Positions 56,759-64,000 of a stretch of DNA of 64,000 bases are shown piece by piece (position 1 is the first letter of the stretch; each line of letters starts with the position of its first letter). A program made the translations under genes and the position numbers. The notes below the pieces were generated by a model. It saw only the letters and a list, made by a program, of their open reading frames with translations. It was not told the origin of the DNA and did no database searches. The DNA is from Chloroflexota bacterium (GTDB taxonomy: Bacteria > Chloroflexota > UBA4733), in assembly GCA_023381555.1 (NCBI GenBank), contig JAMCRV010000091.1:9556-73555 (forward strand), given 5' to 3'.

Positions 56759-57445
56759 GTGCCCGACAAGCATGACCCCCTTGATGAACGAGGCCTTCAA
56801 TCCCATGGCCCGGCGGAGCCTGCGGACCCGGCCGAGGAGCATACCGACGAGCAACGTGCGGACCAACCGGAGGATACCATCGATATTCGCCCGCTCGCTG
56901 ACGAAGAAGAAAGCGAGCTGGACGCCTTCTACGCGTTGCATTTCACCCCCTTACCGATGGGGTGGGGGGCGGAGATCATCGGCAGTGGAGACAGCCCCAT
57001 GGCTGCACTCCAAGAAGCCTACCTCTCCCTGGACCGCAGCCGGCCGCTGCGCATGCTGGTGCTGGAATCTATGCCTGCGCTGGGAGCCATCGCGAGCATA
57101 CTCGGTACTGATCTGCACAATCTGACCTCAGGTGGTATCACCATTGCCCCGAGTGCCCCCGAGCCTTTCGAGATTCGACAAGTCGCTCAGTATCTCAACC
57201 ACCTTGTCTCGACCCTTGAGGACCTCAAGGCCGCTGGTCGCGAGACGACATCCGGAGCAGAGCTTGGATCCATCTTGGGGCCAGTCGACCTTGGGCTCTG
57301 GCTGGTGATTCACATTTACCTCACTGACGGCGACGAAGAGTGGGACCCGAACTCACTGACCATCGCTGAAGCACTGACGATGGCCCGGCAGGCTGCTATC
57401 CACGCTGAGATGGATACCCTCCCCTTTTCTCGAACCGTGCACTGA
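56759..57445 (+). CDS. Hypothetical acidic protein.
   Basis: 228 aa with a very acidic N-terminus and no recognisable domain. The true start may lie downstream. Confidence 0.25.
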   Translation: MPDKHDPLDERGLQSHGPAEPADPAEEHTDEQRADQPEDTIDIRPLADEEESELDAFYALHFTPLPMGWGAEIIGSGDSPMAALQEAYLSLDRSRPLRMLVLESMPALGAIASILGTDLHNLTSGGITIAPSAPEPFEIRQVAQYLNHLVSTLEDLKAAGRETTSGAELGSILGPVDLGLWLVIHIYLTDGDEEWDPNSLTIAEALTMARQAAIHAEMDTLPFSRTVH

Positions 57446-57917
57446 GCGCGCGCCAGCTTGCACAGCTACACGAGTGTGCGCCGGCGCAGTGCTTGCACAC
57501 CAATGGGCAGCGTCACGGTTACAGTAATGGTGAGTACAGCTAGCTTCCGGCTGCCAAGATACGTAGTCGCGGATCGCTCACCGGTGACGGTGCAGTGGCT
57601 CTGTACGTAGCGTGCAGCGGTGCGCCTTAGCTGACGCGGCCTTACCCGATGGATCTCACGGTGCCCTGAGCTTTCCGGGTTCACGCTGCTCTGACGAGTA
57701 CGAGAAGGAAGGGCCGGGAGAGCAGGAAGCAAAGGAGAATCCGCATGTCGCCACATCTCATCATTAGAGCGTTTCGCCCCCTCACTCTTTCAATCGGTCA
57801 TCGTGAGGCTGTGTTGGCACGAACAGTGCTCTCTGTCGAACAATGGGGTAGCGCATGGCTGTCTGGACGATACCGCTCACTCAGTCGTACGTTAATACGG
57901 GGCAGGGAGAGCAATAA

Positions 57918-58355
57918 ATGAGATGGTGTAGCGCACCTGCTGATCGCGTCCTCGGTGATGTCGACCTGCCTAGCCCTAGGCCCTGTCCAAGGCGCACGCG
58001 GGAACGCCCAATCAGGACGGGCAAGCCGCTCATTGGTGAGGAAGGCGAGGTGGTGCTCAGGGCTGTGACGTACTCGTACCATGCGCTCACACGGAGCTGC
58101 CAGAGAGCGCTCACTCCCGACCAAATTGCCTACGTGCTCATCTACGGCACTCCGGTGTTTCGCGCAGGAGCGCTCTTCTACGTGCTGCGCCGGCGTGACA
58201 TCACGCCCGGAGATCTGCGTTCCGATGAAGTTGCCAAGCTCGAAGGTGCCGTCGTCTTAGTCAGCGAAGGTGTCATTACGACGGTGTATCGCAACCGTCG
58301 CGCGCTGCGGAGCATCCGCAAGAAGCAGAAGTATTTCCGAGGCTCAGCGGCGTAA
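57918..58355 (+). CDS. Hypothetical protein, DUF4258-like.
   Basis: The C-terminal ~90 aa (VVLRAVTYSYHALTRS...TPDQIAYVL...VVLVSEGVITTVYRNR) resemble DUF4258 small proteins. The start is uncertain. It is convergent with the helicase-nuclease gene, with a 7-bp gap. Confidence 0.3.
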   Translation: MRWCSAPADRVLGDVDLPSPRPCPRRTRERPIRTGKPLIGEEGEVVLRAVTYSYHALTRSCQRALTPDQIAYVLIYGTPVFRAGALFYVLRRRDITPGDLRSDEVAKLEGAVVLVSEGVITTVYRNRRALRSIRKKQKYFRGSAA

Positions 58356-58362
58356 CCCTGCG

Positions 58363-61300
58363 CTACTGTGTACTGGCCTCATTCGCCGTAACAGCACTCT
58401 CCACTGCGCCTGACGCTCCGGGACGCTTGGGACAGATGAAGAGCTGTGCGCACTCCGAGCAGTGCTGCCCTGGGCTTGGCAGGAACCTCTTCGAGGCAAT
58501 CATCTGTGCTGTGGAATCGAAGGTGTTGAGTCGTGCTTGTTCATGGCGCTTCTGCGGTGGCCACACTTCAATCAATATGTTGTCGAGTGGGTAGAAAAGC
58601 TCTACTCGAGCTGTCTCATCCGCCGCATACTGACTGAGAGCGAGGCGGTAGAGCGACAACCGGTCTTCACGTGGATGCTCGTCCGACCTCCTGCCGAACC
58701 GGATGCGTCGCAACACAAGGCCGCTGCCGGTCCGTTTGCTCTCGTCGAAGTCTACGCGGATGACCGAGTGCGGGAGGTCAACCCACAGGGAGTGGCACCA
58801 TACCTGGAACGCTCCGTCACGTTGCTCGCGATCGTAGAGGCTCCGCAGCATCGTCTCCGCCCGTTGACGGTAGTACTGCTCATAGGTAGACCCAACAGGC
58901 CCGCCAGCCGCCCACTTGTCCTCAAATTCCGAAAGCGTGGCCTTCCAGGAAGGTAGCACACCCGCGGCTATGCTGTTCCGTAGCCATTCTCCCGTCTGGG
59001 ACACAACGCTCGTGTACCGGCGCTGCGGGTTCTGCTGAGAACCACTGTCCAGCAACAATACGCGTTGGTAGTAGAACTGGAGCGGGCAGCGCAGATAGTG
59101 CTCGATGGCATAGGCAGAGTGCCGTGGTTTGTCGCTCTTGATGGCCGGTAGCGAAGGCTCTACGATGGCCGCGCCGCTCATCCAGCTATCATTAGCCCTC
59201 TCAGCCGTGCCAAGTCGTTGAGGATGGACGCCAAGCCGTTCGCAATACGGAAGCACGAGGTCGACAAAGGGCGAAGGCTTCTCCTCACGTTTGAGATAGC
59301 GCTTCGACCAGCTCAGCACGAGCACGTCGCGCGCCCGGCTTATCGCTACGAAGAAGAGAAAGGCTTCATCGGAGGTGTCAGCGCTGGGTATCGCCGAGAG
59401 CAAGCCAGGCGGTGGTGGGCAGGGTTCTCCCTTACTTGACGCTGGAAATCGGCCCTTCGTCAGGTGAGGCACCGCGACTACGGGGAATTCGAGTCCCTTA
59501 CTCGCGTGCACCGTGAGGATGCGGATCGCGTCCACTCTTTCCAAGCTGGGAGGAAGCCCGATGCGCCCTTCGCCCATCTGGAAGAGGCGCCGTGCGTAGT
59601 CGACGAACGTCAAGCGACCGAATCCTGGCACACCCGCTGTCTTGCGCACCTGGAAGCTGCGCGCGAGCAGCACGAGCTCTCCGAGCGTCACAAGCTCAAG
59701 CTGCGCTTCAATGCCACCATCACGCAACAGTGTCTGGAGATGTGCCGGAGCAGAGAATAGGTACCGGGCCAATCCTTTGGCTGGGTCGCCATCGCGAAAG
59801 CACGTGGCCAGAAGCTCTCCAAGACGCTGGAACTGGATGGCGTCATCTGGTGCAATCCCTGCGATCTCGCCTGCTCTCCTAAGCGCGTCAGGAAAAGGGA
59901 TTCCGCAGAGACGCGCGTTGGTCACGAGGGTATGAGCCGCCTCCGGATGCAGCGAAGGATCTACAAGGCGCGCGAGACCGAAGAGATCACCGCCGTCACC
60001 TTCCTCCGTCAAGGACAGGAGCGACAGGAGCTCTTTCACTTCTGGGCGGGTGAAGAGATTTCCCAGATAGGCTACGGGCACGCCACACTGCTTCAACGCC
60101 TGGGCGATAGCTTCCGCCTGGGAGTTCGTCCGGCACAGCACGGCCATATCGCGGAAAGGGCGCCCCGCCGTGTGCTCATCGTGCAGCGCTGCTGCCAGGG
60201 CAGCATGCTCACTCGCGCCATCGCTACTCTCAAACAGCCGCACCGCAGGCCTCATTGCCCTTGCCAGGTCGCCGCGCTCACTCCCCCACGGCGCTATCGG
60301 ATCGTCCGGGAGAATCTGATTGGCAACGTCTGAGAAGAGACCGACCAGTGGTGCAACGGACCGGTAGTTGCGGGCGAGGTGAATACGGCTTGCTTCCCGG
60401 AAGTCTTGCTCGAACTGACCGACGTTGGCCGGAGAGGCCCCACGGAACTGGTAGATCGACTGGCGCAAGTCTCCTACCGCCCACAATCCACGGCCTTCGC
60501 TCGCCAGTAGCTTGAGCAGGTAGGCACTCGCTCGGTTGACATCCTGATACTCATCCACAAGCACGTGCTGGTACTGCGCCTGAAGCTCATTCCGGACATC
60601 CTCGTACTCTTCGAGCAGATGAACCACCTTCACCAGCAAGTCACCGTAGTCCACCATAGTCAAGCTGTTGAGAAGAGCGTCGTAGTAAGCATAGAAATCC
60701 GCCACCTCCATAGCCTTGGCTGCCGCCAGCTGTTCCGCGTCCTTGTGCGCCGCATCCCACTGCCGCTCCGCAAGCCGGCGATAGTCCCGAGGCGTCTTGA
60801 GCTCATCCTTGGCACGCGACACCGCTCTCAGAAGGTCCGGTAGATAGAGCCCTGGCTCTCCCGGATGCGCATAGTGCTGCAGCGGCAACGAGGCGATTCG
60901 CTCGTCAAGCATGAGGTAGGCATCGACCGTGTCGATGATGCGCACATCCGGCCGCAGACCCGCTCGCAGGCTGTAGCGCCGTAGGAGCTCGAGGGAAAAG
61001 GAATGAAACGTCTCTATAGTGAGACCCGTAGCCGCATCGCCGGCGGCGGAAGCAAGGCGATCGCGCAGCTCCTGTGCCGCCTTGTTCGAGAACGTCAGCA
61101 CGAGAATACTGCGAGCTGGAACGTGCTGCTCACGGAGCAAATACTGCACCCTACCACTCAAGGCACGCGTCTTTCCCGTGCCCGGACCTGCTGCGACAAG
61201 GAGGGCCCGGCCCTTCCAACGAGCGGCTTGATCTTGCGAGAGGTCTAGAGTGACGGGTTGAGCTTCCACGGCGGCAGCTACCGGCTCATTACCGGGAGCC

Positions 61301-61863
61301 TGTTCAACAGGAGGCTCAGCCGTCAACACCCCAGCAATGAGCTGATTGATGACGGCGCTTTCGGGCAGCTCCAATCGCTCTACGAGTTGAGCCAGGGTTG
61401 CGCCTTCCCGAATGAGCGCTCGGAGCAGCAACTGCGGGGCCAGAAGCTCAGCAGCGAAGACGCTCGCCTCCATCTCAGTGCGCTGTCGTGGATTGTAGGT
61501 GGCGAGCTTACTCGTCGAGGATAGCGAAGACTCGTCTGGCAGCGCTTCGACATCACCATCACCACAGTTAGTGGCTGCACCGTGCTGGTGACCGAGCACG
61601 AAGTGACCGATTTCGTGAGCGACGGCAAAGTTCTGCGCCGCCAGGCTGAGCGACCTATCGACGGAGATCCATTCGTCAACCAGTCTAGCCCGCGCACCGT
61701 CGAGCGCCGGGTCGTCTGGACCGAGGGGCAATAAGCCGAGGTCCGTCTGGGCAAGCGCGGCAGCGACCACGAGCGAGCCCCAGGTACAGCCATCGTCGTC
61801 AGAGCAGCAAATGTTTGTGCGGAAGGTCTGGGCCCGCAGACGCACCTGTGCCCAGGTATCCAC
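58363..61863 (-). CDS. Three-domain fusion: M78-family (ImmA/IrrE-like) zinc metallopeptidase, UvrD/Rep-type SF1 helicase, and Cas4/AddB-like PD-(D/E)XK Fe-S nuclease.
   Basis: 1166 aa. The N-terminus has HEXXH (AVAHEIGHFVLGH) plus a downstream Glu (EASVFAAELLAP), which is the ImmA/IrrE pattern. The helicase carries motif I AAGPGTGKT, motif II LVDEYQD, motif III DLRQSIYQFRGA, ARNYRS, VLCRTN and motif V/VI TVHASKGLEFPVV. The C-terminus has YAIEHYLRCPLQFYYQR (the Cas4-like N-terminal Cys), VDFDE, and a terminal C-x2-C-x5-C (HCSECAQLFIC). The GTG start is 3 nt after the upstream gene's stop. Confidence 0.8.
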   Translation of the reverse strand: MDTWAQVRLRAQTFRTNICCSDDDGCTWGSLVVAAALAQTDLGLLPLGPDDPALDGARARLVDEWISVDRSLSLAAQNFAVAHEIGHFVLGHQHGAATNCGDGDVEALPDESSLSSTSKLATYNPRQRTEMEASVFAAELLAPQLLLRALIREGATLAQLVERLELPESAVINQLIAGVLTAEPPVEQAPGNEPVAAAVEAQPVTLDLSQDQAARWKGRALLVAAGPGTGKTRALSGRVQYLLREQHVPARSILVLTFSNKAAQELRDRLASAAGDAATGLTIETFHSFSLELLRRYSLRAGLRPDVRIIDTVDAYLMLDERIASLPLQHYAHPGEPGLYLPDLLRAVSRAKDELKTPRDYRRLAERQWDAAHKDAEQLAAAKAMEVADFYAYYDALLNSLTMVDYGDLLVKVVHLLEEYEDVRNELQAQYQHVLVDEYQDVNRASAYLLKLLASEGRGLWAVGDLRQSIYQFRGASPANVGQFEQDFREASRIHLARNYRSVAPLVGLFSDVANQILPDDPIAPWGSERGDLARAMRPAVRLFESSDGASEHAALAAALHDEHTAGRPFRDMAVLCRTNSQAEAIAQALKQCGVPVAYLGNLFTRPEVKELLSLLSLTEEGDGGDLFGLARLVDPSLHPEAAHTLVTNARLCGIPFPDALRRAGEIAGIAPDDAIQFQRLGELLATCFRDGDPAKGLARYLFSAPAHLQTLLRDGGIEAQLELVTLGELVLLARSFQVRKTAGVPGFGRLTFVDYARRLFQMGEGRIGLPPSLERVDAIRILTVHASKGLEFPVVAVPHLTKGRFPASSKGEPCPPPPGLLSAIPSADTSDEAFLFFVAISRARDVLVLSWSKRYLKREEKPSPFVDLVLPYCERLGVHPQRLGTAERANDSWMSGAAIVEPSLPAIKSDKPRHSAYAIEHYLRCPLQFYYQRVLLLDSGSQQNPQRRYTSVVSQTGEWLRNSIAAGVLPSWKATLSEFEDKWAAGGPVGSTYEQYYRQRAETMLRSLYDREQRDGAFQVWCHSLWVDLPHSVIRVDFDESKRTGSGLVLRRIRFGRRSDEHPREDRLSLYRLALSQYAADETARVELFYPLDNILIEVWPPQKRHEQARLNTFDSTAQMIASKRFLPSPGQHCSECAQLFICPKRPGASGAVESAVTANEASTQ

Positions 61864-61866
61864 TCG

Positions 61867-62484
61867 TCACTCCGCCGCGGCAGTATTGATAGCGGACCAG
61901 CGTTCCTCCGCCAGCCAGACTCTCATCTCCGGAGTTGTCTTCGCCCGTTCGAGCGCAGCGTCGAAGGACTCCTGCAGGGGCTCAATGGGGACGGTGCGGG
62001 CGTAGTGCGCCCCTTGCGGCTGCGGCTGTTGGAGATAAGCGATGACCTGGGCGACGCTCAAGTCAAGAACGTCCGCCAAGCGACTAATGAGCTTGACCGG
62101 CAATGAGCCGAGACTGAGCCCGCGCATATCTATCTTGCCAAAAACCTCGAGGGGTATCCCTATCGCACCGGCTATGGCACTCTTGCACTTTCCGAGCTCT
62201 CGCCCGCGCGCAGAAAGCGTCTTGGGCATCCTCCGGAGGGCCTGTGCCATGGTTTCTGTCAGGATGCGCTCGAGTTCAGGATACTGATCGTTCTCCAGAA
62301 CATCCTCGTCGGCATCGACCGTCGCTTCGTAGAGCTCGGCAAATTCTAGGAGCCCACTTGCATGTTGCGGATACTGCTCGAGAAGGTCGAAGAGGGTGGG
62401 ACCTGTGCGCCGCTCTCGCCCCTCGACGTAGAGCATGAGAACGCTGTCCAACTCAGCTTCGGAACGCTCGGGGGTAGTCATCAT
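61867..62484 (-). CDS. XRE-family helix-turn-helix protein, the putative repressor partner of the peptidase fusion.
   Basis: The start was chosen at MMTTPE; its ATG overlaps the sigma-factor TGA (ATGA). A central HTH is present (LSARGRELGKCKSAIAGAIGIPLEVFGKI...LSVAQVIAYL). It lies directly upstream of the M78 peptidase domain, mirroring ImmR-ImmA/DdrO-IrrE gene pairs. Confidence 0.6.
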   Translation of the reverse strand: MMTTPERSEAELDSVLMLYVEGRERRTGPTLFDLLEQYPQHASGLLEFAELYEATVDADEDVLENDQYPELERILTETMAQALRRMPKTLSARGRELGKCKSAIAGAIGIPLEVFGKIDMRGLSLGSLPVKLISRLADVLDLSVAQVIAYLQQPQPQGAHYARTVPIEPLQESFDAALERAKTTPEMRVWLAEERWSAINTAAAE

Positions 62485-63338
62485 CGGGAGTACTCCTCTT
62501 GTGAGCCAAGTAACTGCCTGAGCCACCTCAGCGCCCTGTTCCGGATGTTTCTCACCGTGCGATCGGTCACGCCTAGCACACTGCATACCGTCCTCTCAGA
62601 TGGATCCTGCGAGGTGACCTTGAGCTTCTCCTCGAACAGCAAGATGAGGACCTGTTGCTCTTGATACGGCAGCCTCAGCAAGGCATCTCGTAGCTTTGCG
62701 CTCTCCACACTGGCAAGAACCTGAGCGTCAGGCGTGGGAGCCGGATCAACGGGCTCCCACTCCCTGTCGTCGCCCTGGCTGTTTGTGCTGTTGAACCTCT
62801 CTTCGTGCTGCTGGCGGTTGTCGCGCGCAGAACCGGCCCCGCGCGCCGCGGAGATCACGATTCGCCTGAGTGCTTCCTGAAAGTTTGCTTCCCAAAACTC
62901 CCGTTGGGGATCCAGTATATGTTGCCAGAGCGTGACGCTCACTTTTTGAAGGAAGTCGCTGCTCTCCGGAGAGTGACGCCACCTATCCACAGCTCTCGCG
63001 TACCGGAGAATGAGGGGTTTGGTCCGCAGCACGAGCAGCTCCGCTGCCTGGTCCCTTTCCTCTTGATTGCCGTGCCGCACGAAGTAGCGCACTGCCATCA
63101 CGAGCACCTCAGACGCGACGTAGCGTTGACTCCCTTGGTTTGCCTCGCGGAGGTAGTCCCAGAACGCACGGGTATGCACTGGCGGCAGCTTGCGAAGCTG
63201 CTCCGCAACGGTCTCGTTGAGCGTGTACTGGCGTGTCGCACGCACATCCAGCGTGTGAAGACTTCCTTGGCGTCCCGCTGTTGCCATCCCCGAACTCCCA
63301 CCCAGGACCAGTAGCTTCTCCTGACGGGAGTGTGGCAT
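62481..63338 (-). CDS. Sigma-70-family RNA polymerase sigma factor (ECF-like/divergent), first gene of the three-gene operon.
   Basis: The C-terminal region 4 HTH is clear (LPYQEQQVLILLFEEKLKVTSQDPSERTVCSVLGVTDRTVRNIRNRALRWLRQ). A region-2-like helical segment lies upstream (YVASEVLVMAVRYFVRHG). Confidence 0.65.
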   Translation of the reverse strand: MPHSRQEKLLVLGGSSGMATAGRQGSLHTLDVRATRQYTLNETVAEQLRKLPPVHTRAFWDYLREANQGSQRYVASEVLVMAVRYFVRHGNQEERDQAAELLVLRTKPLILRYARAVDRWRHSPESSDFLQKVSVTLWQHILDPQREFWEANFQEALRRIVISAARGAGSARDNRQQHEERFNSTNSQGDDREWEPVDPAPTPDAQVLASVESAKLRDALLRLPYQEQQVLILLFEEKLKVTSQDPSERTVCSVLGVTDRTVRNIRNRALRWLRQLLGSQEEYSR

Positions 63339-63452
63339 GAATACAGCACTTGAGTGAAATTGACCGCCGGCGCATGCCAGAGAACCACCGTGTTGCCCCT
63401 CTCACCATGCCTACTCGCCGCAGCCAGCTCCAGGCGGAAGTACCGCTGGCAG

Positions 63453-63495
63453 TTGTCAGCCGCAGAATCGTGACAATATAGTGTCTTGAAGACAC
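63453..63495 (+). promoter_or_regulatory. Putative sigma-70 promoter (TTGTCA, 18 nt spacer, TATAGT) with an overlapping palindrome GTGTCTT-G-AAGACAC.
   Basis: A -35/-10 pair with 18-nt spacing is present. A perfect 7-bp-arm inverted repeat lies immediately downstream at 63481-63495, in the divergent region between DUF488 and the sigma operon. Confidence 0.35.
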
Positions 63496-63515
63496 AGAGA
63501 GTAGGAGGTGGGCAC

Positions 63516-63884
63516 ATGGTGAAGACAAAGCGCGTCTACGACCTCCCAGTAAAGGACGATGGCTATCGCGTGCTCATCGAGAGACTCTGGCCCCGCGGCC
63601 TGTCGAAGGACCGCGCCCAGATTGATGAGTGGTGCAAGGATGTCGCACCATCGACAGCGCTACGCACTTGGTATGCACACGACCCCACCAAGTGGGAAGA
63701 GTTCAGCCACCGCTACCGTGCCGAGCTCGCCCAGGCACTGGCACAACGTGCCCTGACTACTCTCGTCCAGAGGGCCCGCCAAGAGCACGTCACGCTCCTC
63801 TTTTCAGCACGCAATCCTGAGCTGACCAGCGCACGTATCCTTGCTGAAGAAATCGAGCAGCGGCTTGCGTTGCCCTCAACATAG
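63516..63884 (+). CDS. DUF488-family protein.
   Basis: The conserved DUF488 core is present (YDLPVKDDGYRVLIERLWPRGLSKDRAQIDEWCKDVAPSTALRTWYAHDPTKWEEF). The start was chosen at MVKTKRVYD, with a GGAGGTGGG ribosome-binding site. Confidence 0.7.
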   Translation: MVKTKRVYDLPVKDDGYRVLIERLWPRGLSKDRAQIDEWCKDVAPSTALRTWYAHDPTKWEEFSHRYRAELAQALAQRALTTLVQRARQEHVTLLFSARNPELTSARILAEEIEQRLALPST

Positions 63885-64000
63885 GCTGGGGGGCCATCCC
63901 TGAGTCTACTTCGAAGTAACGACGATACCGCTCAAGATGAAGCGCTGTCCGAAGAAGAACAAGAGAATCGGCACGAGAGCTACGGTCAGCGAGGCGGCCA

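Noticed and set aside
56432-56941. A 169-aa minus ORF downstream of the FAD oxidoreductase gene.
   Set aside because: It has no domain and odd composition. The only meaningful signal in this stretch is the short FAD-oxidoreductase C-terminal remnant in a different frame (56499-56720).
1-64000. CRISPR arrays and rRNA genes.
   Set aside because: No direct-repeat/spacer periodicity and no rRNA-like conserved stretches were seen. The only tandem repeat is the 27-bp coding repeat at 54.5 kb.

Overview
This 64 kb window comes from a high-GC (~64-65%) bacterial chromosome. Archaeal-type ProRS, a DapL-like aminotransferase and the overall gene content suggest Chloroflexota; that lineage call is inference only.

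The core features are housekeeping genes:
- a complete riboflavin operon, ribD-ribE-ribBA-ribH, on the minus strand, preceded by a clearly recognisable FMN riboswitch;
- tRNA-Cys(GCA) and tRNA-Leu(TAA);
- hom, a DapL-like aminotransferase, iscA, metG, malQ, purB, galK, adk, tgt, proS, pyrD, tal;
- a sugar ABC transporter, an SSF symporter, a csoR-copZ pair, and others.

Three things stand out.

(1) 58.4-63.3 kb holds a translationally coupled three-gene operon on the minus strand. A sigma-70-family factor is followed by an XRE-type HTH protein and then a 1166-aa fusion protein. The fusion combines an M78 (ImmA/IrrE-like, HEXXH) zinc peptidase, a UvrD-like SF1 helicase and a Cas4/AddB-like Fe-S PD-(D/E)XK nuclease. 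This is the best candidate in the window for an undescribed system, either DNA-damage/ssDNA sensing or anti-phage.

(2) 17-28 kb holds a glycan biosynthesis island: four intact GT4 glycosyltransferases, a DegT-family sugar aminotransferase and an FkbM methyltransferase. The island is riddled with gene remnants (a GT4 N-terminal fragment with an in-frame stop, an acetyltransferase fragment and a GT4 C-terminal fragment). It ends in a graveyard of mobile-element fragments: an IS1634-like transposase fragment, a degenerate tyrosine recombinase, and a partial IS30 transposase flanked by 12-bp inverted repeats. A ~50-bp duplicated piece of a GT4 gene sits at the junction.

(3) Further paralog remnants lie next to intact genes: a GH2 N-terminal fragment and a C-terminal fragment of an FAD-dependent oxidoreductase.

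Other points of interest are a 'sulfatase' with Thr in the nucleophile position and a TTG start, a 27-bp tandem repeat encoding (GSILSIGSx)n, and strong hairpins or terminators.

No CRISPR array and no rRNA were found. All calls come from reading the sequence and ORF translations; no database searches were run.
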